Of a stretch of DNA of 64,000 bases, positions 62,052 to 64,000 are shown piece after piece. Source of the stretch: Obrimoposthia wandeli (taxonomy: Eukaryota); assembly GCA_977020255.1 (NCBI GenBank), contig CDROCS010004529.1, forward strand, positions 1 to 64,000, written 5' to 3'. The notes below the pieces were generated by a model, which searched no databases, was not told the DNA's origin, and saw nothing but the letters and a program-made list of their open reading frames with translations. The translations under genes and the position numbers were made by a program. Numbering within the stretch: the stretch's first letter is position 1; each line of letters begins with the position of its first letter.

Positions 62052-62729
62052 CTATACCGGTAGGAAGCACTCATCCATGTCATCTATGAGTTGATACTCT
62101 TTCACCACGTTAGCTATCGCCTTACCTAGCACTAAATGCTGATCTTGATCTAAATGTATTCCATCAATAACACTGGCATCAGTCACACCTGCCGCATCAA
62201 AAAAATGAACATCGTGCTGGCTACAAACAACTTTTAGATGCTGGCTTAAACCAACACTTCTCATTTGAGAATCTATAAATTTTGTTACTAGCGCTCCTTT
62301 AGGTTCCCCCATTTCAGGAGGGGACACTACCAAAATGTGGGGAATCGGCATATCAGGCTCAATAGGGGCGGTTTTAATTATATTCAGTAATTTCGACATG
62401 CCTTGAGCAGACATCCACGCGTTATTATTATGTGTGCATTGAAAATCATTCGTGCCTAACATTATAATAACTAGTTGTAATGGCGCATGCATTTCCAGTA
62501 TTTGCGCGAAACCTATGGATCCATTGCGACCTTCTTTGAAAGGATCATCCCATACTGTACGTCTACCATTTAAGCAATTTTCTATAACTTTGATAGCAAA
62601 GCCATCTTCTTTAAGTTGATTTTCAAACACACCTGGCCAGCGCTGCTTAAAATCTAAACGACGCCGAGTATTTGGAATAATCCCCCAAGTTAAACTATCA
62701 GAATATATTAAAACATCTTGCATACGCAT
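62052..62729 (-). CDS. SGNH/GDSL hydrolase
   Basis: SDSLTWG, GRRT, MLGTND and DGIH blocks. Confidence 0.9.
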   Translation of the reverse strand: MRMQDVLIYSDSLTWGIIPNTRRRLDFKQRWPGVFENQLKEDGFAIKVIENCLNGRRTVWDDPFKEGRNGSIGFAQILEMHAPLQLVIIMLGTNDFQCTHNNNAWMSAQGMSKLLNIIKTAPIEPDMPIPHILVVSPPEMGEPKGALVTKFIDSQMRSVGLSQHLKVVCSQHDVHFFDAAGVTDASVIDGIHLDQDQHLVLGKAIANVVKEYQLIDDMDECFLPV

Positions 62730-63020
62730 CCTTAAACTATATTTAGCTATGGTGTAAGTAACTATCGATCTAATGAAAATTAGTCATTATTGATGCACTT
62801 ATATTTTCGCTACCACCCTGATCTTAGGAATTAATGAAATTTCGCAGCAGTTATAGGAAAATCAAAGAGAATATGATGTAGGGCTGTTTTTTTAAATAGG
62901 TTTTCAAAAGAGTAGTTAAAAAACTGTCAGTATTTTGCACTGATTAATGGCTCTTTAGAGTCTGCCTATAATCACTAATCAGCGCAAAGCTTTCAATGGT
63001 AAAAATTACTTTATCGCAGT

Positions 63021-63485
63021 TTATTCAATGTCCTCCACAAGTTTTACTTTCATTTTCCCAACACTCACTTCGAACACTTCTACCTCTTCACCTGAAGCAA
63101 TCGGTTGATCACTTGATATTTTCCAACTAATACCAGAGTACTGATGCACAATAACTGCTTTTTCAGCCAATGCTTCTTCTAGGCGAAAACGATAGCCAAT
63201 TATGTCACTTTTTATTTGCTTCTTTTCAACACTGTTTTGCATTTTTTTTAATGGCAGCCATAATACAATCGCAGAGACACTACTAATAAGAGAAACACTA
63301 ACTAATGCTCCAATAGCAGTTTGCTCTATTGCTCCCGCAAAGAATATCAATCCAGTACTGACTAAACCTATTCCTAAAAAAAACAAGAAAAATGTTGAGA
63401 AGCCTAACACTAAAACTTCTATTGCTAATACCATCAAACCAGCAATAAGAAGTGACTCGGCCATATTTTGCGTCAATATTGCCAT
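63021..63485 (-). CDS. NfeD-like (YbbJ-type) partner of the SPFH protein
   Basis: Hydrophobic N-terminus and C-terminal OB fold (YSGISWK, GEEVEV); coupled to the SPFH gene. Confidence 0.8.
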   Translation of the reverse strand: MAILTQNMAESLLIAGLMVLAIEVLVLGFSTFFLFFLGIGLVSTGLIFFAGAIEQTAIGALVSVSLISSVSAIVLWLPLKKMQNSVEKKQIKSDIIGYRFRLEEALAEKAVIVHQYSGISWKISSDQPIASGEEVEVFEVSVGKMKVKLVEDIE

Positions 63486-64000
63486 TAAGCCCCCTTGTTC
63501 AAAGTATTAATTATTGTCATCGCTTGTGCGACAACACTCGATGCATCTGTTGCCCCATCAGGCAGTAACACAACGGTTGAATCTTTTGCAATTGCCTCTT
63601 TAGCAGCGATCGCTTTAGTCGCGAGATCTAGTTGAACCGCTTTTTGCCCTTCATCTGTTTTAGCCGCATTACCGATTGTTATCAGTGCTTCTGCTTTTGC
63701 AGCAGCAACTGCTACAATGGCCTTCGCTTCACCTTCTGCTTTTAATACTTGCTCGGCTTTATCAGCTTCAGCTGCAAGAACTTGTGCTTGCTTTTGGCCT
63801 TCAGCAACATTGATTGCAGATTGCCTATCACCTTCAGATTCGAGTATTTGTGCGCGTTTTACTCGCTCAGCTTTCATCTGTGCCTCCATCGCTTCCATGA
63901 TGGTTGCAGGCGGGACGATATCTTTTATTTCATAACGCAAAACCTGCACACCCCAAGGCTCTGAAGCAGAGTTTATTGACTCAACAATATTTGCGTTTAA
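63485..64000 (-). CDS. SPFH/stomatin (QmcA-like) protein, 5' part outside the window
   Basis: LNANIVESINSASEPWGVQVLRYEIKDI...QMKAERVKRAQILESEG; the frame is open to the window edge. Confidence 0.92.
   Translation of the reverse strand, partial: LNANIVESINSASEPWGVQVLRYEIKDIVPPATIMEAMEAQMKAERVKRAQILESEGDRQSAINVAEGQKQAQVLAAEADKAEQVLKAEGEAKAIVAVAAAKAEALITIGNAAKTDEGQKAVQLDLATKAIAAKEAIAKDSTVVLLPDGATDASSVVAQAMTIINTLNKGA

Noticed and set aside
218-63964. Many antisense/overlapping ORFs in the track (e.g. 218-574, 7014-7277, 13895-14230, 48328-48696, 58894-59199, 63202-63510)
   Set aside because: They are shadows of well-supported genes on the other strand or frame and have no recognisable motifs.
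1-64000. CRISPR array, tRNA/rRNA genes, intact transposase, integrase or prophage
   Set aside because: No regularly spaced repeats, tRNA/rRNA signatures or such protein motifs were seen.

Overview
Low-GC gammaproteobacterial chromosome segment with Pseudomonadales/Oceanospirillales-like gene content (aroQ-accB-accC operon, long Pseudomonas-type DapD, holD-like gene before rimI). 0-13 kb is housekeeping: rpsB-tsf, map, glnD, DUF1244, holD-like/rimI/ECF permease, a MalY-type C-S lyase and aroQ-accBC. 13-28 kb is an 11-gene surface-glycan cluster (wbpO/wbpP to wbpM) with a MurJ-like flippase and no visible Wzy/Wzz. It is followed by gbdR, an MFS transporter fused to a ~440-aa acidic helical-repeat domain, an M50 protease and dapC-yffB-dapD-dapE-rlmA. 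39-64 kb is accessory: an MCP gene bracketed by two copies of a 150-bp MITE-like element, two copies of a second 162-bp MITE-like element, a decayed higBA pair and several regulator/transporter/enzyme modules. The best candidate for an undescribed system is at 42.8-49.3 kb: a choline/ethanolamine kinase, a GcvT-type flavoprotein dehydrogenase, a GntR-UTRA regulator and an orphan EutH transporter, all linked by a shared TTGTCTATACCA-like operator. tsf carries an out-of-frame internal deletion, most likely an assembly error. No tRNA, rRNA, CRISPR array or intact transposase was seen. All product calls come from motif recognition by eye; no searches were run.
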